Positions 44,684 to 54,536 of a stretch of 64,000 nucleotides of DNA are shown one piece after another. The DNA lies in IMG/VR virus record IMGVR_UViG_3300010430_000003, positions 146,327 through 210,326 of that record, one strand, 5' to 3'. Below the pieces are notes generated by a model. That model had not been told where the DNA came from. It did no database searches and saw only the letters and a list, made by a program, of their open reading frames with translations. The position numbers and the translations under genes are program-made. Position 1 is the stretch's first letter, and each line of letters begins with the position of its first letter.

Positions 44684-45772
44684 ATGATTAATGCAATTGT
44701 AGGCTTGCAGTATGGTGATGAGGGTAAGGCAAAAATCTTTCACTCTCTACTGGAAGATTCTAAGCATAAAGAAAAATACGCCATCCGGTGGAATGGCGGT
44801 CCAAATGCAGGCCATACCGTATGGAAAGATGGCAAAAAATGCGTTTTCCACCAAGTCCCAAGTGGAGTTATTGTAAATGACTGTATCTCTATTATTGCTC
44901 GCGGGTGCGCTTTTGATCCTGACCAATATGAACGAGAAATGAATGAATTTGGTGGTGAGTGTTTAATTGATAAAAAATGCCCTGTGATTTTGCCAATGTT
45001 TGTTGAGAGGGATAAGCAATTTTATCAAAAAGGAATTGGAACCACCGCAAAAGGAATTGGACCAACTTTTTCATCATTCATTGCACGCGATGCTTTGCTT
45101 GTTGAAGATTTGTTGGATCATGAAAAGACATTGGGAAAACTTAAGAGATTAAGTTATCTCTTGCACTCATCACCTGATGAGGATTTAGAAACTCTTGCTA
45201 CAAAACTCCATCTTTTTGCTGTACGCAATGCTGATAGATTTATTGATGCAAAAACTTTAATCCATAATTTGATCAAAAGACATGAGGACAAATATATTTC
45301 TTTTGAAGGCTCGCAAGGATATTCCTTGGATCCATTCCTTGGAGATTATCCATTTGTGACCTCATCCGGCACCAACGTGTCATATCTTATGTGGTCCCTC
45401 GGACTGTCCAGAAAAACCCCAATGGAAGTCATTGGAGTAATGAAGCCATATGTAACGTATGTTGGAACTCGCAACTGGCCTGATGAATATGATCGTGAAA
45501 GGAGTGAAAAGATTCGAGAACTTGGTTCTGAATATGGTGCAACTACAGGAAGACCTCGCCGAATTGGCATGGTCAATTATGATGAGTTGAACGAAGCATT
45601 AACTGCGAATGGTGTGGATAAGATTGCTCTTACAAAAACCGATTTAATGGAAGAGGCAGTCGGGGAGAAGTTAATTGATTTTGAGGATGACATCTTTGAA
45701 AGAACAGGTGTGAACGTGACCATTGTATCAAATGGACCCGGAAGTGAAGATTGGTTTCAATATTTTAATTAA
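44684..45772 (+). CDS. purA: adenylosuccinate synthetase (short form)
   Basis: GLQYGDEGK, GGPNAGHTV, GIGTTAKGIGP, FEGSQG, EYGATTGRPRRIG, LTKTD. Confidence 0.95.
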   Translation: MINAIVGLQYGDEGKAKIFHSLLEDSKHKEKYAIRWNGGPNAGHTVWKDGKKCVFHQVPSGVIVNDCISIIARGCAFDPDQYEREMNEFGGECLIDKKCPVILPMFVERDKQFYQKGIGTTAKGIGPTFSSFIARDALLVEDLLDHEKTLGKLKRLSYLLHSSPDEDLETLATKLHLFAVRNADRFIDAKTLIHNLIKRHEDKYISFEGSQGYSLDPFLGDYPFVTSSGTNVSYLMWSLGLSRKTPMEVIGVMKPYVTYVGTRNWPDEYDRERSEKIRELGSEYGATTGRPRRIGMVNYDELNEALTANGVDKIALTKTDLMEEAVGEKLIDFEDDIFERTGVNVTIVSNGPGSEDWFQYFN

Positions 45773-46036
45773 ATGCAGCTAAAGCCAATTAATATGTGGA
45801 GTTTTTTTAATACTGCTCAAGACACAAGACTGACAGGAATTTTAATGTCAGGACATTCAGTTATTACAACTGATATTTCTTTTATATGGGGTCGATTTGT
45901 GCAGACAAGGAATTCTGTATATTTTTTGGAAGAAGTGGACCCAACATATTTATCAATTCTAGATTTACCTAAAAATTGTGAAGACATAAGGGTAATCTGC
46001 GCCGCCATTACTAACCCCAAATTTGAAATCTTATGA
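45773..46036 (+). CDS. hypothetical protein
   Basis: 87-aa ORF; MQLKPINMW only weakly family-like. Confidence 0.5.
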   Translation: MQLKPINMWSFFNTAQDTRLTGILMSGHSVITTDISFIWGRFVQTRNSVYFLEEVDPTYLSILDLPKNCEDIRVICAAITNPKFEIL

Positions 46037-46263
46037 ATTCATCCCTTATAAACGAAAATATTGCCCTTTGTTTGATTGATTCTAATTTTCAAGATATTAA
46101 GGATCCAGCTTACCGTTACCCTAACATACATTACGTTCGAAATGTTCCTCGCAGCTCAAAAGCTAATCCTTCTTGGATGCGAGCAAGAGGTGTTTTGTCG
46201 ACATGGGCTAGATGGTATTTGAATGAAGATGATAGTTCTCTTCTTAAAAGAGGAAAGATATGA
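46033..46263 (+). CDS. MNIN-family micro-ORF
   Basis: MNSSLINENIALCLI; ATGA overlaps at both ends. Confidence 0.65.
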   Translation: MNSSLINENIALCLIDSNFQDIKDPAYRYPNIHYVRNVPRSSKANPSWMRARGVLSTWARWYLNEDDSSLLKRGKI

Positions 46264-47192
46264 GAAAGATTCTGGTAAGAGATTATGGTACGCTTGTCAA
46301 TGGCGCCGGCCATCATATTTATAATGGATACGCGAATGCGTGGGAGAAATTGGGATATGAAGTGGAGCGTTGGACAAATCTAGCTAACCATAAATTGGAA
46401 GAGTATGATGTTATGATGGCGTCCGGTGATATACAGAATGTATCGGATGTTGATAGGCTTTTAACTTTTCTTGAAAGACCACGAAAAATCTATATGTTTG
46501 TATCTCCAAACTATTTCCCGCTCCCATGGGGGAAGCATTTGAATTATGTTGATAATGTTTCCAAAAATAGAAAATTGGTTAAAAAACTAAATGAATTGGA
46601 TAATATTGTTTTCTGGTCATTTTGTGATACATCTTCAAGACCGGAATTTTGGGAAGATTGGCGAGAAGTTCACTATGTGCCATTAGCATTTGATAACATT
46701 GCTTATCAATCAGAAGATTGCGAAGATTCCAACTATGAATTTGATGTTGCTTATGTTGGGGGTTGGGCAAACAATGGTTTTGATACCAAAAAGAAAATTA
46801 TGATGGAGCATTTTGCTGCTTTCAAAGACTCTGGTTTGAAATGTGGTTTTTTTATTAACAAGAACTTAACACATGAACAAGAATTAAAGATTTTAGCAAA
46901 CTCAAAGATTTGCATTAATGTTCACGATGATTATCAAAGAATCATGAAGTTGGATACCAACGAAAGAACTTGGAAGGCATTGGGATTAAATGGAATACTT
47001 ATTAGCGATAATGTGGGCTCTGTTATTCCTGATCAACCTAATATTTATCAGGTTGAATCACCGGAAGAAATGGTCAAAACGGCGCAATGGGTGATCAATG
47101 GCATGGAAGGCTTTAATCGCAATACAACGAAAGAATTTGTTCTTGAGTATGAAACTTATGTGGAAAGATGCAAACAATTAGAGAGCATTTAG
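46260..47192 (+). CDS. CgeB-like glycosyltransferase
   Basis: VPLAFD, FDVAYVGG, KICINVH, NERTWKALG, ETYVER. Confidence 0.8.
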   Translation: MRKILVRDYGTLVNGAGHHIYNGYANAWEKLGYEVERWTNLANHKLEEYDVMMASGDIQNVSDVDRLLTFLERPRKIYMFVSPNYFPLPWGKHLNYVDNVSKNRKLVKKLNELDNIVFWSFCDTSSRPEFWEDWREVHYVPLAFDNIAYQSEDCEDSNYEFDVAYVGGWANNGFDTKKKIMMEHFAAFKDSGLKCGFFINKNLTHEQELKILANSKICINVHDDYQRIMKLDTNERTWKALGLNGILISDNVGSVIPDQPNIYQVESPEEMVKTAQWVINGMEGFNRNTTKEFVLEYETYVERCKQLESI

Positions 47193-47479
47193 TTAAAAAA
47201 CTTAAATATTACTGTAGGTATCATTATACCAATCATACCAATCCTGGATTAATAGACAGAATTTATCTAAAAATAATGTTTAAGATTCTCTCTAAAGAAA
47301 TTGAAAGAATGATAGATGACGGAGAGAGAGTTCCTGAATCTTTTTGGAAAAGATTATATTTCTATAACGAGAAGAGCAGAAACTGTAGAATAGGTCTAGT
47401 TTTAGGATTCGCCGGCGGAATAGGTTTAGCATATTTCTGGTTTTTGTATCAAACTTATAAATTATGGACACAAACCTGA
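47168..47479 (+). CDS. hypothetical protein with C-terminal TM
   Basis: IGLVLGFAGGIGLAYFWF. Confidence 0.5.
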   Translation: MQTIREHLVKKLKYYCRYHYTNHTNPGLIDRIYLKIMFKILSKEIERMIDDGERVPESFWKRLYFYNEKSRNCRIGLVLGFAGGIGLAYFWFLYQTYKLWTQT

Positions 47480-47709
47480 TGAAGAATGTAAATCAAATCA
47501 TTAGGATTTGCTTATTAGATGCAATGCCATGGCCGACGAGATCACCGCTGAATATTGATGGAGCGCTTCCATTAGTTACTGAGTGTACAAAGACTGCGAG
47601 TTTTATTTCTGGCAGTGGTTTGGATATAGTGTTGTATACGAGATATGTGCCGATTATAACGGAATATAAAAGATACTTGAAAGTGTGGTGGACACAAGGA
47701 AAACAATGA
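47479..47709 (+). CDS. MNIN-family micro-ORF
   Basis: ATG at 47479 (TGATG overlap), MKNVNQIIRICLL. Confidence 0.6.
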   Translation: MKNVNQIIRICLLDAMPWPTRSPLNIDGALPLVTECTKTASFISGSGLDIVLYTRYVPIITEYKRYLKVWWTQGKQ

Positions 47710-48473
47710 GCAGTTTAAAGGTCAGCATTATTGTACCAATTTATAACAATAAAGATTATTATAAGAGAGCAGTCGAGTCTGCTCTTTCACAAGACTATAT
47801 GGGATTAATTGAGGTGATTGCAATTGATAATGAATCAACTGATATAGATTTTAAGTCATTGCAGCAACAATTAAAGTTTGTTGAAGAAAGACTCTGCAAA
47901 AATTCGAAAGCGCCGCGCGCCCTTGTAACAGGTCAAGTGCCAAACGTTTATAAATATTCATGGCATGAACCAACCTTTGCTGGCATGGAAACAATGAAAG
48001 GTGATATTTTCCTGTTCCTCGGATCGGATGATTATCTTTCGCAGAATTATGTTTCAAACTGTGTTCGAATATTTAACATGAATGAGAGAATCGAAGCAAT
48101 TCAAAGTCATGTGCAAAATGTTGGTGCCCGTGCTGGGGTGGAAGGATATCATTATTCAAATGTTGAAGAGTTCAAGAAAATGTGCCTTGAGAGGTGCCCT
48201 GTTAAAACACCCTCTGTCGTCTATCGTAGGCGCTTGTATGACGATGGATTGATGGAGACCCATCCTGATAAGTATTTTGGAGCAGATGATTACTGGCGCG
48301 TCTGTAACCTCGCTGACAAAGGTGTGTTGATTGTGCCAGTGCCAAAATGGCTTGGGTATAACTATAATTGGCATGATGGGATGGCTACTGTTGCTATGCA
48401 TCGTGATATGGATGCACCCAACACTATTGATAAAATGATTCAAGAAGAGTGGCGAGAAAAATGGGATCTTTGA
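47685..48473 (+). CDS. GT2 family glycosyltransferase
   Basis: VSIIVPIYN, IDNESTD, FLGSDD, ADDY. Confidence 0.9.
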   Translation: MVDTRKTMSSLKVSIIVPIYNNKDYYKRAVESALSQDYMGLIEVIAIDNESTDIDFKSLQQQLKFVEERLCKNSKAPRALVTGQVPNVYKYSWHEPTFAGMETMKGDIFLFLGSDDYLSQNYVSNCVRIFNMNERIEAIQSHVQNVGARAGVEGYHYSNVEEFKKMCLERCPVKTPSVVYRRRLYDDGLMETHPDKYFGADDYWRVCNLADKGVLIVPVPKWLGYNYNWHDGMATVAMHRDMDAPNTIDKMIQEEWREKWDL

Positions 48474-48907
48474 ATTTAAAGATTTTGTTGCTATTCTTGG
48501 TAGTGCCATTTTTAAGTTGTGAATATGTAGGTCTGCCAAATTATACAGTTAGGGATCACATCAAAATCTATTGCCTTGATAACGACGAATGTCCTGATCA
48601 AAGTGAAGTAGAACAGTTTTTTGATATTGAAGAAGATATTTGGCAAGAAGAATGTAATGTGTCCATGGAAAGTGGTACTCAAAGATATAATAGACTTAAG
48701 ATTTCATTTTGGAGTCTGAGTGAATATCATCCAAATGTTCTTGGGCGTTATTTTCCTTCATGTAATTGTATTGATGTAGATTACCCAAATGAACTGTGGG
48801 TTGATGTACTTCGCCATGAGGTTGGTTTATCAGTAGCACATGCAGAGTTAGGAAACATTGGTGAAGCAGCAAAGGTTGAATGGTATCAGTGTCATCCGTT
48901 GCTATGA
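48449..48907 (+). CDS. putative lipoprotein
   Basis: KILLLFLVVPFLSC lipobox; Cys-rich body. Confidence 0.55.
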   Translation: MARKMGSLNLKILLLFLVVPFLSCEYVGLPNYTVRDHIKIYCLDNDECPDQSEVEQFFDIEEDIWQEECNVSMESGTQRYNRLKISFWSLSEYHPNVLGRYFPSCNCIDVDYPNELWVDVLRHEVGLSVAHAELGNIGEAAKVEWYQCHPLL

Positions 48908-48913
48908 GATAAG

Positions 48914-49654
48914 ATGGAAACAAATATACTTAAAACTTTTTTAGATATCGCTTTGAAAAAGAAGGCAGGCCATTTAGGATCATCCTTATCTGCAATGCCA
49001 ATTATGAATGCTCTTTATAAGAGGTATAATTTCAAAGATGATATTTTTGTATTGTCCAAGGGTCACGCGGCTCTTGGATTTTATACTATTCTGAGAGAGT
49101 ATGATTATATCTCTCAAGAGGAGCTTGATTCTGTATATCAGAACAACTCTAGATTTTATGGCCATGTAAGCAGAAATCCCGAGAAAGGGATTCAAGTCAC
49201 AGCAGGGTCATTGGGTCACGCTGCCTCGGTAGCTGTTGGTTTAGCTATGGCCAATAGAAATAAAAAGGTTTTTTGTTTATTGGGAGATGGTGAGTGTGAT
49301 GAAGGATCTGTGTGGGAAGCTTTCGCGTTTGCGGCAAGACATAAGATTAAAAATATATTTTTTGTTATTGATTATAATGGTTATCAAGGATATGATAAGC
49401 TCATTGAAAAAGAACTCCCAAGAAAAGTAGATTCTTTTGGTTTGCATGTTGAAAGTTGTTTAAATTACCAAAAATTTGAAGAGAAGTTGGATGGCCGCAG
49501 AATAGTAGAATTCAAACCTACCTGTTATTTGGTTTATTCTGATAAAACTGGTGGGTTTAGTTGTCTTGAAGGCTTGAGTTCTCATTATCGAAAAATGGAT
49601 GAAGATCTTTATTTGCAAATTCTAAAGGAGTTAGAAGGTGGTAACAGTATTTAG
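48914..49654 (+). CDS. transketolase N-terminal (ThDP-binding) subunit
   Basis: GHLGSSLS, SKGHAA, GSLGH, GDGECDEGSVWEA...IDYN. Confidence 0.92.
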   Translation: METNILKTFLDIALKKKAGHLGSSLSAMPIMNALYKRYNFKDDIFVLSKGHAALGFYTILREYDYISQEELDSVYQNNSRFYGHVSRNPEKGIQVTAGSLGHAASVAVGLAMANRNKKVFCLLGDGECDEGSVWEAFAFAARHKIKNIFFVIDYNGYQGYDKLIEKELPRKVDSFGLHVESCLNYQKFEEKLDGRRIVEFKPTCYLVYSDKTGGFSCLEGLSSHYRKMDEDLYLQILKELEGGNSI

Positions 49655-49892
49655 ATTTCTCTGTGTTTGGGAAGAAATGTCTCGTGAAGAAAAGGATTAT
49701 CTTATAGAAAATTTTCAATATTCAAAATATGGTCCGATAGTTGAGAAGACTAATAAAATTGAAGATTCCTTGATTTCAAAAGGAGTGATTGAAGCAGATT
49801 TTTATTATCGTAAGGAGGAATATCAGATTTCAATCTCTGATGGTTTTGTATGGATTTTTGAAGGGTTGAGGATTACCTCAAGAATTGGTTGA
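49638..49892 (+). CDS. hypothetical ORF between the transketolase halves
   Basis: 84-aa ORF overlapping both neighbours. Confidence 0.5.
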   Translation: MVTVFRFLCVWEEMSREEKDYLIENFQYSKYGPIVEKTNKIEDSLISKGVIEADFYYRKEEYQISISDGFVWIFEGLRITSRIG

Positions 49893-50794
49893 TGAGAAAA
49901 GCAATTTCTAAACATATTGATCAAGTAATGCAAGAAGACGAAGATATTATTGTTCTTCTTGGAGATCTTGGTTTTGGGATTTTTGACACCCTTCGCCTTA
50001 AATACCCCGAGCGCATTATCAACTGCGGAATTGCAGAGCAAAATATGATCGGGGTTGCGTCAGGGTTAGCTTTAGGTGGAAAGAAACCTGTTGTTTATTC
50101 CATTGCCCCTTTTGTAACATCAAGGGTATTGGAACAAATCAAAATAGACCTTTGTCAACAGAATGTTAATGTAACAATTATTGGTACTGGTGCTGGTTTC
50201 GCATATGGTAATCTTGGACCAACTCACCACTGCCTTGAAGATTTTGCATCACTTACATGTCTTCCTAATTTGCACTTTTTGCAACCTTTTGATCAGAATA
50301 GTTCTGTTGAGTGTTTAAAAAAAGCATTGCGAAATGATGGTCCATCTTATATTCGATTGACGGCTGATGGGGTAGACTTGTCAAGCTTTATTTCTGAAAG
50401 AAGGGAAATTACAAAAGATGTGCTTATTTTAGCAACTGGTGGAATTGCGAAAGATTGTGTTGATGTCGCTAGAAAGATTAAAGCAGAAGTTAGATTTATA
50501 ACAGAATTGAATTATATTCATTGTGAAGAAGCTGCCAAACAAAAGACAGATTTTATAGGGCAATTTCATCAAGTATTCACGATTGAAGAAAGCTATTTAA
50601 GGGGAGGTTTTGGCTCTTCAATTGCTGAGCTTATTTCTGACCATGGCTTAAAGGTTAAATTAACTAGAATAGGAGTTAAATCTAAATTTCCCCGGTACGG
50701 AGGCACTTCCGATGAAATTAGAGAGCAAATGGGAATTGGAAAGAATAATATTGAATATTCCATTCTAGATACTTTAGGATTTCTAGAGGAATAA
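49889..50794 (+). CDS. transketolase C-terminal subunit
   Basis: NCGIAEQNMIGVASGLA, GPTHHCLED, GPSYIRL, IEE..LRGGFGS. Confidence 0.92.
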   Translation: MMRKAISKHIDQVMQEDEDIIVLLGDLGFGIFDTLRLKYPERIINCGIAEQNMIGVASGLALGGKKPVVYSIAPFVTSRVLEQIKIDLCQQNVNVTIIGTGAGFAYGNLGPTHHCLEDFASLTCLPNLHFLQPFDQNSSVECLKKALRNDGPSYIRLTADGVDLSSFISERREITKDVLILATGGIAKDCVDVARKIKAEVRFITELNYIHCEEAAKQKTDFIGQFHQVFTIEESYLRGGFGSSIAELISDHGLKVKLTRIGVKSKFPRYGGTSDEIREQMGIGKNNIEYSILDTLGFLEE

Positions 50795-50798
50795 ATGA

Positions 50799-51026
50799 TT
50801 GAAAGGAAAGGCAAGTAGTACAGTATGGAAAGAATGCCCACAATGCAAAGGAAGAGGGGAGATTCCTTTATTTAGATTTTATTGTGAGTGTCCAAAGTGT
50901 AAAGGGAGAGGTGAGATTCGAGTTCTTGAAATTATTAAAGAAAAAGAGAAAGAAACTGTTCACTCTGATCCCAACGATGAATATGGTTGGGTGATGTTTC
51001 CAACTTACAAGGTTGATGATGATTAA
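50799..51026 (+). CDS. small DnaJ-type zinc-finger protein
   Basis: CPQCKGRG...CPKCKGRG. Confidence 0.65.
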   Translation: MKGKASSTVWKECPQCKGRGEIPLFRFYCECPKCKGRGEIRVLEIIKEKEKETVHSDPNDEYGWVMFPTYKVDDD

Positions 51027-51864
51027 ATATAATGTTGTAATAACAGGCGGCTCTGGTTTTATAGGAAGTTCTATTAAAAAAATGTTGCCTCCCAAATTAG
51101 GTGAAGAGTGGATATTGCATTTTCCAACTTCCTCTGAGATGAATTTATTGGAGGAAAAATCTGTTAAAGAATATTTCAACTCTTTGAATACGCCCCCCGT
51201 TCTTACAATTCATTGTGCTGGGGTTACTCCGCAGAATTGGGCGGAACAAGAACCCGGAACAATGTTTAAAAATGTCTTAATGTTTGAGCATATCATGAAA
51301 TACAGCATGTTTGTTATCAACTTTAGTTCTGGTGCTGTGTTTGATCGGGGAAAGAGTATTAGTAGAGAGGAGCATCCTTGGTTGCCGATCCCAAAAGACG
51401 AATATGGTCTTTCAAAATTGATTATGGAGCGATGTGAGGAAGATGTTATTCATTTAAGGGCGTGGGGCATCTTTGGCCCTGATGAAAAAGAATCAAGAAT
51501 GATTAAGAGAAATATTTTGCGTTACAAAGAACGTGAGAAAATTGAGATTTATAAAGATGCAAAAATTGATTATTTCTCTGTATATGATTTAGTTGAGTTA
51601 TTGACATTTCTTATAGAAGAAAGTCATTATGAGGTATTTCCAAGTTTGGTTGATCTCAAGTATGTGAAGTATACAACTCTATCAGAACTTTCAAGAGTCA
51701 TTAATGGGTTATCAACTTACAAGGTTCCAGTTAAAGTGTTGGAGAATGGGTGGGGAAAATCATACTATGGCGATGATAGTGTGGAAACTTTAGTGGATAT
51801 TGATTTTTTAGGACTTGAAAAATCCATTCAAAAAATGTATAAGGAAATGAATGAACAAGCTTGA
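51013..51864 (+). CDS. NAD-dependent epimerase/dehydratase (SDR)
   Basis: VITGGSGFIG, FSSGAVF, YGLSK. Confidence 0.9.
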   Translation: MMMIKYNVVITGGSGFIGSSIKKMLPPKLGEEWILHFPTSSEMNLLEEKSVKEYFNSLNTPPVLTIHCAGVTPQNWAEQEPGTMFKNVLMFEHIMKYSMFVINFSSGAVFDRGKSISREEHPWLPIPKDEYGLSKLIMERCEEDVIHLRAWGIFGPDEKESRMIKRNILRYKEREKIEIYKDAKIDYFSVYDLVELLTFLIEESHYEVFPSLVDLKYVKYTTLSELSRVINGLSTYKVPVKVLENGWGKSYYGDDSVETLVDIDFLGLEKSIQKMYKEMNEQA

Positions 51865-53251
51865 AGAAATTAAAAGATTAGTGACTGAGTACATTCAGGA
51901 AAAGCGTGCAAGTGAAAAATTTATCCCTGGTGAATCTTTAGTTAATTATAGTGGTCCGTATTTTGACGAGAAAGAGTACAATGCAGCAATTGAAGTTCTT
52001 TTATCAGAATGGAATGTTCATGCAGATAAATGCAAGCAAGCAGAGAGAAACTTCCCAGCATTATTGGATAAGAAGTTTGGAGTATTAACAAATTCAGGGT
52101 CATCTGCAAATCTTTTGATGTTCGCAGCTTTGTCTTCCGAAGGGAACTTCGGTTCAAAATTTAAACTCCCAAAAGGGTCTAAGGTTTTAACTCCTGTTAC
52201 TTGTTTTCCTACAACAATTAGTCCTGCATTAGCATTGGGATTTGAGCCTGTATTTTGTGATGTTGAATTGCCATCCTTGAATCCAAATCTTGATGAAGTG
52301 GAAGAGATTCTAAAAGCCAATTATCATAAAGGCAGCATGGATAGAATTAGAATTTTCATTTATGCCCATGTGATGGGTAACCCTGTTGATATGGATAGAG
52401 TGAAATATTTGATGGATAAATATGATTGCATTTTTCTAGAGGATACTTGCGATGCCTTGGGTGGTTATTATGATGGGAAAAGGTTGGGTTCATATGGTTT
52501 GATGAGTAGTGTATCACTATATGTGGCTCATCACATTAGTGCAATTGAAGGTGGTGTAGTAGCAACTGATAACCCACAATTACTTCGCGTGCTTGATTCA
52601 CAGCGCTCTTGGGGGCGAGGATGTCATTGCTCCTGTCCAATTACAAATAACAATTTTGACGCAAGCAAAGGGGAAACAGCTTGTGCTAATAGGTTTGGAA
52701 AGTGGTTGGTTGGTGATGGAAAAGATATTACATATGATCATCGTTATGTACATGATGAAATGGCTTTCAACATCAAACCACTAGAGATGCAGGGTGCCAT
52801 TCTTCTTGAGCAAATGAAGAAACTCCCAGAAATGGAGCAGGCTCGCCGGGATAACTTCAAAGCTCTTGAAGAGATTTTTGTTAAACATGAGAAATATTTC
52901 CATCTTCCGAAGGCAACAGAGAAGTCTGATCCCTGTTGGTTTGGTTATTTAATGACAGTAAAAGAAGATGCTCCTTTTTCAAGAGATGAAATTACTGCAT
53001 TTTTGGAAAAAGAGAAAATTCAAACAAGAACTTACTTTACAGGAAATATCCTTTATCACAAAGGGTATTCTCATCTTGCTAAAGGATATGGTTCTATAAA
53101 AGATAGATTTAATGTGGCAGATTTTGTTACTAGAAATTCATTCTTCTTGGGCACCTACATTGGTTTAACTGATGAAAAGATTAAATATATTGGTGAGAAG
53201 GTGGATGAATTTTTTGAGAATTTAAATAGAAAAGATAAGGATAATAAATAA
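51851..53251 (+). CDS. rfbH: CDP-4-keto-6-deoxyglucose 3-dehydrase (E1, RfbH/DdhC-like)
   Basis: TNSGSSANL, EDTCDALG, YVAHHI (His at the PLP-Lys position), Cys-rich GRGCHCSC...C Fe-S segment, YDHRY. Confidence 0.88.
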   Translation: MNKLEEIKRLVTEYIQEKRASEKFIPGESLVNYSGPYFDEKEYNAAIEVLLSEWNVHADKCKQAERNFPALLDKKFGVLTNSGSSANLLMFAALSSEGNFGSKFKLPKGSKVLTPVTCFPTTISPALALGFEPVFCDVELPSLNPNLDEVEEILKANYHKGSMDRIRIFIYAHVMGNPVDMDRVKYLMDKYDCIFLEDTCDALGGYYDGKRLGSYGLMSSVSLYVAHHISAIEGGVVATDNPQLLRVLDSQRSWGRGCHCSCPITNNNFDASKGETACANRFGKWLVGDGKDITYDHRYVHDEMAFNIKPLEMQGAILLEQMKKLPEMEQARRDNFKALEEIFVKHEKYFHLPKATEKSDPCWFGYLMTVKEDAPFSRDEITAFLEKEKIQTRTYFTGNILYHKGYSHLAKGYGSIKDRFNVADFVTRNSFFLGTYIGLTDEKIKYIGEKVDEFFENLNRKDKDNK

Positions 53252-53252
53252 A

Positions 53253-53564
53253 ATGGAAAAGATTACATTAGAAGAATTTGAAGAAAAGGTCACTACAACA
53301 TCACATGAAAGTGTTATCGTTTTTAGTGCTGATTGGTGTGGCCCATGTAAACAACTCTCTAAAATGATTGGGACACTAGACCCACAAAATCAACTTAGAG
53401 TATATAAGATTGATGTAGATACTGAAGGAAAGTTGGCTGAGATGTTCAATGTTCGTTCAATTCCGTCTGTCTTTAAAGTTAAGGAAGGGGTCACAGTTGA
53501 TAGTTTCATTGGCCTTCCACAACCTCAAACTTTAAAAGAATTTTTAGGAGTCGAAGGGGAGTAA
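53253..53564 (+). CDS. trxA: thioredoxin
   Basis: FSADWCGPCK, VRSIP. Confidence 0.92.
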   Translation: MEKITLEEFEEKVTTTSHESVIVFSADWCGPCKQLSKMIGTLDPQNQLRVYKIDVDTEGKLAEMFNVRSIPSVFKVKEGVTVDSFIGLPQPQTLKEFLGVEGE

Positions 53565-54536
53565 ATGAAAGAATATGGTAATACTAAAATTGCGGTAGTA
53601 ACTGGTTGTTTAGGTTTTCTCGGAAAGCACTTAACTCATTATCTTTTGAACCGAGGGTGGAAAGTTCACGGCATTGATAAAATCTCATATTGTTCTGACA
53701 TGTCTGTTTTGGATCCGTTTTCACAATATGATTTTCAATTTCATCATGTTGATTTGAATGATATGAACTATTTGCCTGACGCAGATGTTGTCTTCAATAC
53801 GGCTGCAAGTACTCATGTCAGCAACTCTATAATTGATTCAAAACCTTTTATTAAAGATAATGTTGATGGGTTAAGAAATTTATTGGAGCTTATTAAAAAC
53901 AAACCTGATGGCCGTCAGAGTCATCTAGTTCATGTTAGTACAGATGAAGTATACGGAGATATTGAAGAGGGTGTGTTCACTGAATCATCTGGAATGAATC
54001 CATCAAATCCCTATTCTGCTTCAAAGGTGTCTGGTGATATGTTGATTAAAGCTTGGGCTAGAACTTACGGGATTACTTATAATTTGGTTCGTCCGGCGAA
54101 TTTTTATAGTGGGTTTATCGGTTTTGGACAATTTCCAGAAAAGTTGATTCCTCTTTCTGTCAAGAACCTTGATAGGGGGAAGAAGATTCAAATGCATGAC
54201 ATGGGCGAACCAGTTAGAACTTGGCTATGTGTATACGATGCGGTTAACGCTCTTGTCACCATTTTTGAGAAAGGTGAAAAGAATGAAGTATATAACATTT
54301 CAGGCGGCACAGAAAAGAAAAACAAAGAAGTCATTCAACTTCTTTTGAATGCATATTTTGATCGAGAAGTTGATATGAATGATTATGTAGATTTTTCATA
54401 CTCAAGAGAAGGTCAGGATGTGAGATACGGAATGGATGATTCAAAAATTCGTGAATTGGGTTGGGAACCATCTGCTAACTTTGAGAGTGAGATTGTAGAT
54501 ATTGTCAACTTCTTAAAGGGTAATAGTCACTGGTGA
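53565..54536 (+). CDS. rfbB: NDP-glucose 4,6-dehydratase (RmlB/RfbB-like)
   Basis: VTGCLGFLG, AASTHVSNSI, VSTDEVYG, NPYSASK, EKLIP, GQDVRYG. Confidence 0.88.
   Translation: MKEYGNTKIAVVTGCLGFLGKHLTHYLLNRGWKVHGIDKISYCSDMSVLDPFSQYDFQFHHVDLNDMNYLPDADVVFNTAASTHVSNSIIDSKPFIKDNVDGLRNLLELIKNKPDGRQSHLVHVSTDEVYGDIEEGVFTESSGMNPSNPYSASKVSGDMLIKAWARTYGITYNLVRPANFYSGFIGFGQFPEKLIPLSVKNLDRGKKIQMHDMGEPVRTWLCVYDAVNALVTIFEKGEKNEVYNISGGTEKKNKEVIQLLLNAYFDREVDMNDYVDFSYSREGQDVRYGMDDSKIRELGWEPSANFESEIVDIVNFLKGNSHW

Noticed and set aside
44684-45772. PurZ (2-aminoadenine, Z-genome) instead of PurA
   Set aside because: The motif is GDEGK with the PurA catalytic Asp, not the Ser-type GSxxKG of PurZ/PurZ0; no dATPase or MazZ neighbour is recognised.
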